Shown: positions 29,815 to 37,586 of the stretch, one piece after another
Numbering within the stretch: the first letter of the stretch is position 1
Layout: the number at the start of each line of letters is the position of its first letter
Source: Candidatus Poribacteria bacterium
Lineage (GTDB): Bacteria > Poribacteria > WGA-4E > GCA-2687025
Assembly: GCA_963665845.2 (NCBI GenBank)
Contig: OY762492.1
Location: 224,001-288,000 of the forward strand
DNA length: 64,000 bases
Direction: 5' to 3'
The notes under the pieces: model-generated
What the model saw: the letters and a program-made list of their open reading frames with translations, nothing else
Databases searched by the model: none
What the model was told of the DNA's origin: nothing
Program-made: the position numbers and the translations under genes

Positions 29815-30693
29815 CTACCATTCCGACGGACGCAAGTTCATGAATTCGGCCAGCTCCTTGACGCCTTCAGTCAGTTTTTCATGTTTGTCGGGCTTCGAAG
29901 GCGGATAGAAGATCGGTCGAATCCCAAGCCGTTTCCAGTGATCTTTGGTCTTTCGATGCTCTGATTCGTCAGTGTCTCTGATTGCCAGCGCAAAGCGTTT
30001 TTGTTCGCCCTCCTCCGAAGGCAACGCCCGGACAAGGTAAGTGAGGATCGTATCTTCATGGCTGTAGCCAACGAATAGGATTCTGTATTTGCTTTGATGC
30101 AAGCCGATCATAAACCGACGCGCCCAACCTTCCGTCAGGTACGCCCTCCCAAAATCGCTGTCTGTCAACACCATCTCGTCCGGACGAAGAACCGACCCAT
30201 GAACATGGACAATCCCACAGAACTTGTCCCCCAACGGGAGAGCCGGGGCGCGAAAGATTTCAATCTTGGATTCGTCTATGTCCTCCGTCGCTTCTGCAGC
30301 CTTTTTAAAAAGCCGATCGAAATTCGTCGTCGCGACGCGAATGTCTTCCGTTTTCGGAAAAATCCGAAGCAAGCTCATGTGCAGTTCCGTGTACATCAAC
30401 GTGTCTCCAGAAAGCTCTTCTGCTGCAAAGTCGTATATCTTCTTCACGCCATGCTGATGATACAACTCTCCGAGGTACCGGTCTATTGGCGTTTTTCCAT
30501 CGTATTTCCGGTACGCTCTATCGGCTATTCGCTCCGCCAGCCCTTTGAAGTCGGGAAGGCAAGCCGGCTCTCCCATGGAAACGCCGGCCCCAGCAAAGAC
30601 AACCAGCTTGCCATCCCTCAAGGCTATCAAAACGGCTTCAGGAAATTCAATCTCCCCAAGCCAAACAGTTCGGCCATCGTCGTTTTCAGCGAT
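29815..30693 (-). CDS. SIR2-family (SIR2_2) NADase domain protein
   Basis: LVVFAGAGVS, VATTNFD, VHVHGS, MVLTDSDFGRAY, ILFVGYSHED. Start probably upstream of the 30630 TTG (AGGAGG then ATC at 30693). Confidence 0.85.
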   Translation of the reverse strand: MAENDDGRTVWLGEIEFPEAVLIALRDGKLVVFAGAGVSMGEPACLPDFKGLAERIADRAYRKYDGKTPIDRYLGELYHQHGVKKIYDFAAEELSGDTLMYTELHMSLLRIFPKTEDIRVATTNFDRLFKKAAEATEDIDESKIEIFRAPALPLGDKFCGIVHVHGSVLRPDEMVLTDSDFGRAYLTEGWARRFMIGLHQSKYRILFVGYSHEDTILTYLVRALPSEEGEQKRFALAIRDTDESEHRKTKDHWKRLGIRPIFYPPSKPDKHEKLTEGVKELAEFMNLRPSEW

Positions 30694-30744
30694 CGGCTTT
30701 GCCTCCTTTCGTCGTCAATTCAGAAGGCGTACCTCATGATACCA

Positions 30745-31998
30745 TTAAAACCAGAGGTGCGTCTGGACGATCAGCTCCCGCAGCGTATCCAGCCCCGCGG
30801 GTTGATCGGTGATGCGCAGGCTGTTTTTCAGCTCAAGGTACGGGATCGGGAACCATTCCACATCCACCGATCCGCGCAGGAACGAATTGTTGTCCGCGCC
30901 CGTGTCCGGGTCGGACGCCTCAAACCGCGCCGCCAAGTAAAGCCCCTTCTGCAGCCGCAGCATGCCTTCGCTCCAGAACGCATACCCTTCCGCGCCGTCG
31001 CTCGGATAATCGACCGATCCGAGGTAATTGTCGACCAGATCGATCTCCGCCATGAGCGTCCAGTTGTCGTTGCCGACGCCCGCGAAGCCGCCGAACAGCG
31101 TCGTAATCGCCGTATGCGAGTCGGAGGAAAGCGCCTCGCTCTTGTTGAGATACATATTCGCCCCAAGCATGACATTCAACCCGCTCATCTCAAGGTAGGT
31201 CTCCCCGCGGGCAAGGAACGCCTTTGCGTTGTTGTCGTCCGGGAGAACAGGCGACCGACCCGCGTTGTAGACGCCGAGCGTGACGTAGGTCTCCAAAATC
31301 TCCGAGCCGACCTCAACGCCTTTGAACGACCGATTCGGACCCCAAAACAGCCCGTCCACTTGATGCGGCGCGGGATTGTTATGCTGGGCGCGCGGATTTC
31401 CGCCGCGCGCAAAGGCGGTGTGATCGTCGATGCGCAGCCCGTAGTTCGGCTCGAAGACGCCGATTTTGACATAGGTTTCCGCTTCCTCATCGCCGTAGAG
31501 TCCGTATGCTTGGCGCGTGTGATGCAGCAGGTCTTGCTCAACATAGACGCGCAGGTTGCCGCTCAACATAAACTGCGCGTACAGGTCGGTCTGCATCATG
31601 AAGCCGCCGAATTCAAAATCGCTGTCGCTTTCCTCGTTGACGACGCCGTTTGAGGGCGCATGCAAATGGCCGTGGCCGTCGCCGTTGCCGCCGCCATTGT
31701 TGTTGTCAAAAGGGGCGTCCGATTCAGCGTCAAAATAGGCGTACAGCTGGGTTCGGATGTCGCCGCCGATCTGTATGTGTTCGGTGATCCAGGATTCGAT
31801 CTCGCGCGTTTCAACCGCCGAGAGTTCCGTTTGTCCAAAATGAAGCCCATGCGCGTTGCGCAAGCCGGCGCCGGCGGGGTTGGCGTGGCAGTCATGGCAC
31901 CCTTCGCCCTCCATAAGCGAGAAGCGCGGCAGAGCCGAAGCAAAATGAACCGCCCCGAAAAACAGCGCGGCAGCAAGAGCGGAGATCCATCGTTTCAT
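30745..31998 (-). CDS. Monoheme cytochrome c fused to an outer-membrane beta-barrel
   Basis: Signal peptide ASA-L; LPRFS..EGEG-CHDCH-ANPAGAG; amphipathic strands; C-terminal QTHLWF. Confidence 0.72.
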   Translation of the reverse strand: MKRWISALAAALFFGAVHFASALPRFSLMEGEGCHDCHANPAGAGLRNAHGLHFGQTELSAVETREIESWITEHIQIGGDIRTQLYAYFDAESDAPFDNNNGGGNGDGHGHLHAPSNGVVNEESDSDFEFGGFMMQTDLYAQFMLSGNLRVYVEQDLLHHTRQAYGLYGDEEAETYVKIGVFEPNYGLRIDDHTAFARGGNPRAQHNNPAPHQVDGLFWGPNRSFKGVEVGSEILETYVTLGVYNAGRSPVLPDDNNAKAFLARGETYLEMSGLNVMLGANMYLNKSEALSSDSHTAITTLFGGFAGVGNDNWTLMAEIDLVDNYLGSVDYPSDGAEGYAFWSEGMLRLQKGLYLAARFEASDPDTGADNNSFLRGSVDVEWFPIPYLELKNSLRITDQPAGLDTLRELIVQTHLWF

Positions 31999-32014
31999 GC
32001 GGCTTCCTTTCCTT

Positions 32015-33016
32015 TTAAACGTCCCCGTCGTCCAGCATCGTCTGGAGCGGGTAATGGTCAAGTTCCAGCGGGCAGCTCAAACGGCGATGCAGCCGAGACG
32101 ACTCCATGAACCCAAGCAGCAGCTCAAGAACGGCGCGCCCGTTGCGCCCGCTTGAGCGCGGATCGCGGTCGTTTTCAATCGCGTCGATCAGGTCGGCGAC
32201 GGGGGCGGAATTCCCCTGGGTATGCGGCGCTTCCCATTCGCCGCCCGTTTGAGCCGAGCGGTACCGTATCGCGGGGCCGCCTGGGCGGGACAGCTCCATT
32301 TCGCCGTCCGTTCCGTAGATAAAGATGTGATGGTACCCGCCGCGCGAGACGCTTCCCGCCTCAATGAAACCCCAGATGCCGTTGTTGTGTTTCCAGTAGC
32401 CGATGGAGTCTTGAACGATGGGAATGCCGAACCGCGCCCCGGCTCCGCCGCGGTGGATCTGACCCATGATCCATTCGGCGGGCGCGTCGCCGGCGAACCA
32501 GCGCATCAGATCGACCGTATGGGTCGCGTTGTCCATCAGGTCGCCGCCTCGGCAATGCCCGTGGATATGCGTCACATCGCCGACCGCTCCCCCCTCTAGA
32601 AGCGACGCGACGCCTGTATACGGCGCGTGAAACCGCAGCTGATGCCCGACGGCGAGCTTCGTTCCGTTGGCGTCCGCGGCGGCGATCATCTCATCCGCCT
32701 CTTTGAGCGTGTCCGACATCGGCTTCTCGCAAATGACCCCCTTCGCGCCCGCCTCCGCCGCGGCGATGCTGATCGGTCCATGCAGCGGTATCCATGTGCA
32801 GACGCTGACAAGGTCAATGCCTTCGTTCTCCAGCATCTTCTGGTAGTCGGTGTAATGCGCCTTGACGCCGTACCGCTCCTCATACACATCCATCGGTTCT
32901 TGGCGGATGTCCGCGCAGGCGGCAAGCTCCACATTTTCATGCCGATGGTATTGCGAGGCGTGGCTGTGCGACATGCCGCCGCATCCGACGACCGCGGCTC
33001 TGTAGGTTCTGCTCAT
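32015..33016 (-). CDS. Gfo/Idh/MocA family oxidoreductase
   Basis: VVGCGGM, IDLVSVCT, ICEKPM, GHQLRF, DNATH. Confidence 0.9.
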   Translation of the reverse strand: MSRTYRAAVVGCGGMSHSHASQYHRHENVELAACADIRQEPMDVYEERYGVKAHYTDYQKMLENEGIDLVSVCTWIPLHGPISIAAAEAGAKGVICEKPMSDTLKEADEMIAAADANGTKLAVGHQLRFHAPYTGVASLLEGGAVGDVTHIHGHCRGGDLMDNATHTVDLMRWFAGDAPAEWIMGQIHRGGAGARFGIPIVQDSIGYWKHNNGIWGFIEAGSVSRGGYHHIFIYGTDGEMELSRPGGPAIRYRSAQTGGEWEAPHTQGNSAPVADLIDAIENDRDPRSSGRNGRAVLELLLGFMESSRLHRRLSCPLELDHYPLQTMLDDGDV

Positions 33017-33058
33017 GAGCGTATCTCCATGCTGGGCGAATGGCGGGCGGTTTCAATT

Positions 33059-33087
33059 TTGCCCGCATACGATTTAGAGGTTATACT
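33059..33087 (+). promoter_or_regulatory. Putative sigma70 promoter
   Basis: TTGCCC-17 nt-TATACT upstream of the ferritin-like gene. Confidence 0.5.
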
Positions 33088-33128
33088 TACCACAGACGAG
33101 CGATTTTTTCTATGAAAGGAACGACTGC

Positions 33129-33596
33129 ATGACCGATCAGGAACGGCGCGACGCGATCATCGAAGGCTTGAAAGAAGCGTACTGGAGCGAAGTTGAAACG
33201 GCGCTCAACTTTATCGCCCACTCAACCAACCTGGACGGGGTGCGCGCGGAGGAGATCAAGCAGTCGCTCGCGGCAGATGTGACGGAAGAGATCGGCCATT
33301 CGCAGACGCTCGCGACGCGCATCAAGCAGCTCGGAGGCAGCGTTCCAGGGTCGATGGAGTTTGCGCCGACGCAGACGTCGCTCCAGCCGGTAGAAGACAC
33401 TACGGACGTCGTCTCCTCCATCAAAGGCGTCATCGACGCTGAAAATCAAGCGATCTCCGTCTACAACCGCATCATCAAGCTGTGCGACGGGTTCGACTAT
33501 GTGACGCAAGACATGTGCATCGCGATTTTGGCGGACGAGGAAGAGCATCGAACGCTGTTTGAGGGCTTTTTAAAGGAGTATGAGCGGCGGTCATAA
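33129..33596 (+). CDS. Ferritin-like di-iron protein (DpsL/bacterioferritin-like)
   Basis: Ferroxidase-type motifs E..(YWSE), EEIGH, AENQAI..Y, DEEEH; 155 aa. Confidence 0.82.
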   Translation: MTDQERRDAIIEGLKEAYWSEVETALNFIAHSTNLDGVRAEEIKQSLAADVTEEIGHSQTLATRIKQLGGSVPGSMEFAPTQTSLQPVEDTTDVVSSIKGVIDAENQAISVYNRIIKLCDGFDYVTQDMCIAILADEEEHRTLFEGFLKEYERRS

Positions 33597-33620
33597 ACCG
33601 ATCCGCGGATCGGTTTATGA
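33591..33620. terminator. Perfect 30-bp palindrome over the ferritin-like gene stop
   Basis: TCATAAACCGATCCG|CGGATCGGTTTATGA. Confidence 0.45.
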
Positions 33621-33634
33621 CCGCCGCTCCTTCT

Positions 33635-34131
33635 GTCATTCCCGCGCAAGCGGGAATCTTAAGGCATCGCAGAAACCGTCCGCGTTCACCCCAAGCGTCC
33701 GGCGGCCCAAATCGTCATTCCCGCCCCTGCGGTAAAACGTGCGGGAATCCAGAGTCCGCCTCGAAACCGTCGGCGTTCGCATGCCCACATGCGCCAACTA
33801 AAGACGTAAGGTTAGCGATGCGCTGGTTGCCTTGATTAAAGGCGCGTGGCATAATTTTAAGTCAGCGTGGGCGGCTTGTCCGCTTATTCGGCATGGATCA
33901 CAGATAAAATTGGAGAATTGCAGAAGCGAAGAGAGGGCGGCTAATGCGCGACGACGATAGAATTCTGCGCGACGTTGAAAAAACCTCTGAACAGACGCTC
34001 CCGCAGAAAAAACCCCCAGCCCCCTTTTCAAGGGGGGAGTTCTGACCTTACGCCTAAAGTTGGGACATCCCGGCATGGAAACGCGGACGGTTTCGGGGTG
34101 GACTCTGGATTCCCGCTTACGCGGGAATGAC
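33635..34131. repeat. Cluster of REP palindromes and MITE halves
   Basis: REPs at 33635, 33714 and 34108. CTGACC-family ends at about 33790-33815 and 34042-34068. CCCCCTTTTCAAGGGGGG hairpin at about 34020. Confidence 0.75.
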
Positions 34132-34259
34132 GACCGGCGGCGCCGACGCTTTAGGGTCAAAATGAAGTTCATCGCATGGTCGTACCACCCCGCTAAAACT
34201 TTTCTTGCCTTTTGCGTCCGACGGCGTTAGCATGATTTATTGTGACGCAGAATGATGAT

Positions 34260-34336
34260 CGGGGCGTAGCGCAGTCCGGTAGCGCACCTGCTTCGGGAGC
34301 AGGGGGTCGGTGGTTCAAATCCACTCGCCCCGACCA
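34260..34336 (+). tRNA. tRNA-Pro(CGG)
   Basis: CGGGGCG acceptor stem pairs with CGCCCCG-ACCA; anticodon arm CCTGC-TTCGGGA-GCAGG; T-loop GGTTCAAATCC. Confidence 0.97.
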
Positions 34337-34343
34337 TCCTTTC

Positions 34344-36056
34344 ATGCGCCTGTGGAGCCGCTTCGGCGCGGCGTTGACGCTGATTCTGATTGCGGCATCC
34401 TCCTTTGCGGTCAAGCTGCGCCATCTCGGCCATGCCGCCGTCACCTACTGGGACGAGTCGTTCCATGCGCTTGTCGCCAAAAACCTGCTGAAACACCCGC
34501 TCAAACCGACGCTCATCGACATTCCGTATCTGCCGTACGATTTCAAATCATGGGGCGCGAACCATGTCTGGCTCCATAAACCGATACTGCCGATGTGGAC
34601 GATCGCGCTCTCCTATGCGGCGTTCGGGACGACCGCGTTTGCGCTGCGCCTCCCGTCCGCGCTGTTGAGCGTCGGCGCCCTCGTCTTAACCTACATGATC
34701 GGCGCCGAGCTGTTGGATAAGCGCGCCGGTCTGATCGCCGCCGCCCTGCAGGGATTCGCGCCCGTCTTCACCGAGCTGACGCACGGGTACCTTTACAGCG
34801 ACCATATCGACATCGCGCTGCTGTTCTGGACAGAGCTGGGGGTGTACTTTGTCGCGCGGGCGGTTCGGACAGGGAAAATGCGCGACGCCGCCCTCGCCGG
34901 CGCCGCTCAAGGTTTGGCGTACCTCTCCAAAAGCTATCTCGCCGCCATCGTTTTGGGCGTCGCGCTGACCGCATGGCTGCTGCCGTATGTACGCCTCGGC
35001 GACATCGAAAAAATGCGCCTGCGCGGCAAACATCTGCTGGTCTTAATCGGCTGCACCATCGTTGTCGTAACGCCTTGGACGCTGTTTTGCATACTCCAAT
35101 ATCCGAACGAATTTTGGCATGAGCATGAGTATGTTTGGCGGCATCTCAACAGCGACATCGAAAAGTGGGGCGCGCCGTGGGACCGGCTCATGTTCGATTA
35201 TGCGATCCGCATGGCGCATGTGTTTTACACGCCGGCGATCGTCGCATGCGTCGGCATGTTCTGGCGCGCCTACTCGGAGAAGGACGGCAAATTATGGCTC
35301 GTTCTCGCATGGGGATTCGGCGTTGTCGTTCCGCATGTCCTGTCGCAGACGAAAACGCCCTCCGCGACCGCCTTTGGCATGCCCGCCTTTTATCTGATCC
35401 TCGGCATGCTCATGTCGAATGCGTTCAAGGGGCGGCGCTGGGAGCTGTTTTTATGGATCGGCATTTCGATCTTATGCCTTGTCCTGCCGCCGTCGATACC
35501 GACCTACTGGGGGCGCGGCTATGCGAACCCGCCCGCGTTCGGCGCGATCATGCGAACGCAGCTGTGGGTCGTCTGGCATGCGGCGGGCGCGTTGTTGATT
35601 GCGGGCGCGTTGGCTCTCGGCGCGCGGCTGTTTCAAAAGCGGGCGGCGCATCTCTCCGCGGCGGCGTTCTGCGCGGCGGTGACGCTGTTTTTAGGCTGGC
35701 AGATGGGGCAGGCAAACTGGGCGGTCGTGGAGCGGAACCGAATGGAGCCGACCTTCAGCGACATTGCCGACTTTACCCGCGAGAGCCTCCCTGAAAACGC
35801 GGTTCTGCTGTTTGAATACGACGATGAAAAGAAAAACTACGGCGAGCATCAACTGACCAACCTGCTGCTCGACAAAACATGCTACAAATACGACAACCAA
35901 GATTACGAGTCGAAAGCGGTACAGATTGTCGAAGCCGATGGCGTTCCGTATATCGTCACGTTTCGGGAGCTGCCGCTGCCGGTTGAGTTCCACAGCGAGC
36001 GGTACGACCGTACGATCTACCGCTGGGAGCCTGGCGGTAAAGAAAAAGAGGAGTAG
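34344..36056 (+). CDS. ArnT/PMT-like (GT-C, GT39/GT83) membrane glycosyltransferase
   Basis: YWDESFH, HKPILP, ALRLPSA, GLAYLSK, many TM helices. ATG just after the tRNA. Confidence 0.82.
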   Translation: MRLWSRFGAALTLILIAASSFAVKLRHLGHAAVTYWDESFHALVAKNLLKHPLKPTLIDIPYLPYDFKSWGANHVWLHKPILPMWTIALSYAAFGTTAFALRLPSALLSVGALVLTYMIGAELLDKRAGLIAAALQGFAPVFTELTHGYLYSDHIDIALLFWTELGVYFVARAVRTGKMRDAALAGAAQGLAYLSKSYLAAIVLGVALTAWLLPYVRLGDIEKMRLRGKHLLVLIGCTIVVVTPWTLFCILQYPNEFWHEHEYVWRHLNSDIEKWGAPWDRLMFDYAIRMAHVFYTPAIVACVGMFWRAYSEKDGKLWLVLAWGFGVVVPHVLSQTKTPSATAFGMPAFYLILGMLMSNAFKGRRWELFLWIGISILCLVLPPSIPTYWGRGYANPPAFGAIMRTQLWVVWHAAGALLIAGALALGARLFQKRAAHLSAAAFCAAVTLFLGWQMGQANWAVVERNRMEPTFSDIADFTRESLPENAVLLFEYDDEKKNYGEHQLTNLLLDKTCYKYDNQDYESKAVQIVEADGVPYIVTFRELPLPVEFHSERYDRTIYRWEPGGKEKEE

Positions 36057-36065
36057 GAGAGCGCG

Positions 36066-37061
36066 TTGATTCGTACCTTGCTGATTGGCGCTGGACGGGC
36101 GGGGCATTTCCATGCGGCGAATTTAAACCGCTCGGATCGATTTGAGCCTGTATGCGTCGCGGATCTGGCGGAAGAAAAGGCGTCCGCGCTGGCGGAGACG
36201 CTCGGATGTCCATACGCCCTGGACGCCGAAGAGGCGCTTGATCAATACCGCCCCGACGCGGTCATCGTCGCGTCAACAACCTATACGCATGCGGCGTTGA
36301 CGCTAGCGGCGCTGAAACATGGCGCGCATGTTTTATGCGAAAAGCCGCTTGGCGGCATGGAGGACATCCGCGCGTGTTACGCCGCCGCGCGTCAGGCGGG
36401 CAGGACGCTTCTGGTCGCGTTCAACCGCCGATTCGATCCTGAATACAGGGAGCTGCGGCGTCAACTGAACGGCGCCGTTCCGCAGATTGCGAAGATCACA
36501 TCGCGCGATTCGCCGATACCTTCCAAGGCGTATCTCGCTCAAAGCGGCGGCATCGTGTCGGACTGCGCCGTCCATGACATCGACATGTCGAACTGGATGA
36601 TGGGCGGCGCCGATGGGTACGCGGTTCCAGTGGAGGCGTATGCAACGGGCTATACGCATCATCCCGACCTGAAAGCATGGGGGGAGGTGGAAGGCATGGC
36701 GCTGACGATGCGGTATGCGGACGGACGGCTCGCGCTGATCGATGCGTCGCGGACATGCGTCTTTGGATATGACCAGCGCGCCGAGCTGTTTGGAACCTTC
36801 GGGATGCTTCAAATGCGGAATCGGCTTGAATCGACCGTCGCCAGCTTTGGAAAAGACGGGGCGGCGCTCTCCAAACCGCTCTATTCGTTTCCAGAACGGT
36901 ACGCCGACTCATACAGGCTGGAGCTGGAACATTTTGCGGACGCGGCGGAAGGCAAAGCGCCGTGCGAGATAGAAGAAGCGCATGTCCTGGCATGCGAAGC
37001 GGCGGTCAAGGCGGCGGAAAGGTCGCTGGAGAGCGGCAAGCCTGAACCTGTATCGCTTTAA
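36066..37061 (+). CDS. Gfo/Idh/MocA oxidoreductase (inositol 2-dehydrogenase-like)
   Basis: IGAGRAG, LCEKPL, FNRRFDP, SRDSP, DCAVHDID, GYDQRAE. Confidence 0.85.
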   Translation: MIRTLLIGAGRAGHFHAANLNRSDRFEPVCVADLAEEKASALAETLGCPYALDAEEALDQYRPDAVIVASTTYTHAALTLAALKHGAHVLCEKPLGGMEDIRACYAAARQAGRTLLVAFNRRFDPEYRELRRQLNGAVPQIAKITSRDSPIPSKAYLAQSGGIVSDCAVHDIDMSNWMMGGADGYAVPVEAYATGYTHHPDLKAWGEVEGMALTMRYADGRLALIDASRTCVFGYDQRAELFGTFGMLQMRNRLESTVASFGKDGAALSKPLYSFPERYADSYRLELEHFADAAEGKAPCEIEEAHVLACEAAVKAAERSLESGKPEPVSL

Positions 37062-37119
37062 TGCGCCTGTCCGCCCATGCGGAATTTCATTTGATTCTAA
37101 AGCGTCCGCGCCGCTGGTC

Positions 37120-37143
37120 GTCATTCCCGCGTAAGCGGGAATC
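37120..37143. repeat. REP-like palindrome between convergent genes
   Basis: GTCATTCCCGCGTAAGCGGGAATC. Confidence 0.8.
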
Positions 37144-37206
37144 TTAAAAGACAGATCATCCGATCAAACGCCATCGCCGCGAATATCTTTGTATGAGCGT
37201 ACTACC

Positions 37207-37575
37207 TTAATGCGCCTCGTCCGCCTTCGTTTCGACCTGCGTTTCAGGGAATGTCCAGCCGCCTTTGTCCACCTCCGTGATGTCCGCCATGATCAGAAAA
37301 AAGAAGATGCCGACAAAGATGATAGGGGAAAAGGCGAGCAGCGCGACCAGCGGCTTCTCGTACTTAATGTGCATATAATACAGCGCGACGCCCGCCGCCT
37401 TGGCGACCGCGGTCAGCATCATCAGGACGACCAGCAGCCAGCGCGGCTCCGGCAAAACGGACGGTATCGCCAGCTCAATCACGGTGAAAACGGCGAGCGC
37501 GACCAGCACCTTCCAGTAGGCGGCGTCATGCGATTCGTGCGGCGTGTGATCTTCGGCGTGTTGCGGTTCGCTCAT
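37207..37575 (-). CDS. Cytochrome c oxidase subunit IV (CtaF/CyoD-like)
   Basis: YWKVLVALAVFTVIE, AVAKA..VALYYMHIKYE, three TM helices. Confidence 0.85.
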   Translation of the reverse strand: MSEPQHAEDHTPHESHDAAYWKVLVALAVFTVIELAIPSVLPEPRWLLVVLMMLTAVAKAAGVALYYMHIKYEKPLVALLAFSPIIFVGIFFFLIMADITEVDKGGWTFPETQVETKADEAH

Positions 37576-37586
37576 GGCGCTTGCCC

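Noticed and set aside
30094-31653. 519-aa plus-strand ORF
   Set aside because: Antisense shadow of the SIR2 and cytochrome-porin genes, with no recognisable motifs.
34260-34336. tRNA-Pro as an island integration site
   Set aside because: I noticed no duplicated tRNA 3' end and no integrase in the window.
34242-34343. N-terminal extension of the glycosyltransferase ORF
   Set aside because: It runs through tRNA-Pro; the ATG at 34344 is the plausible start.
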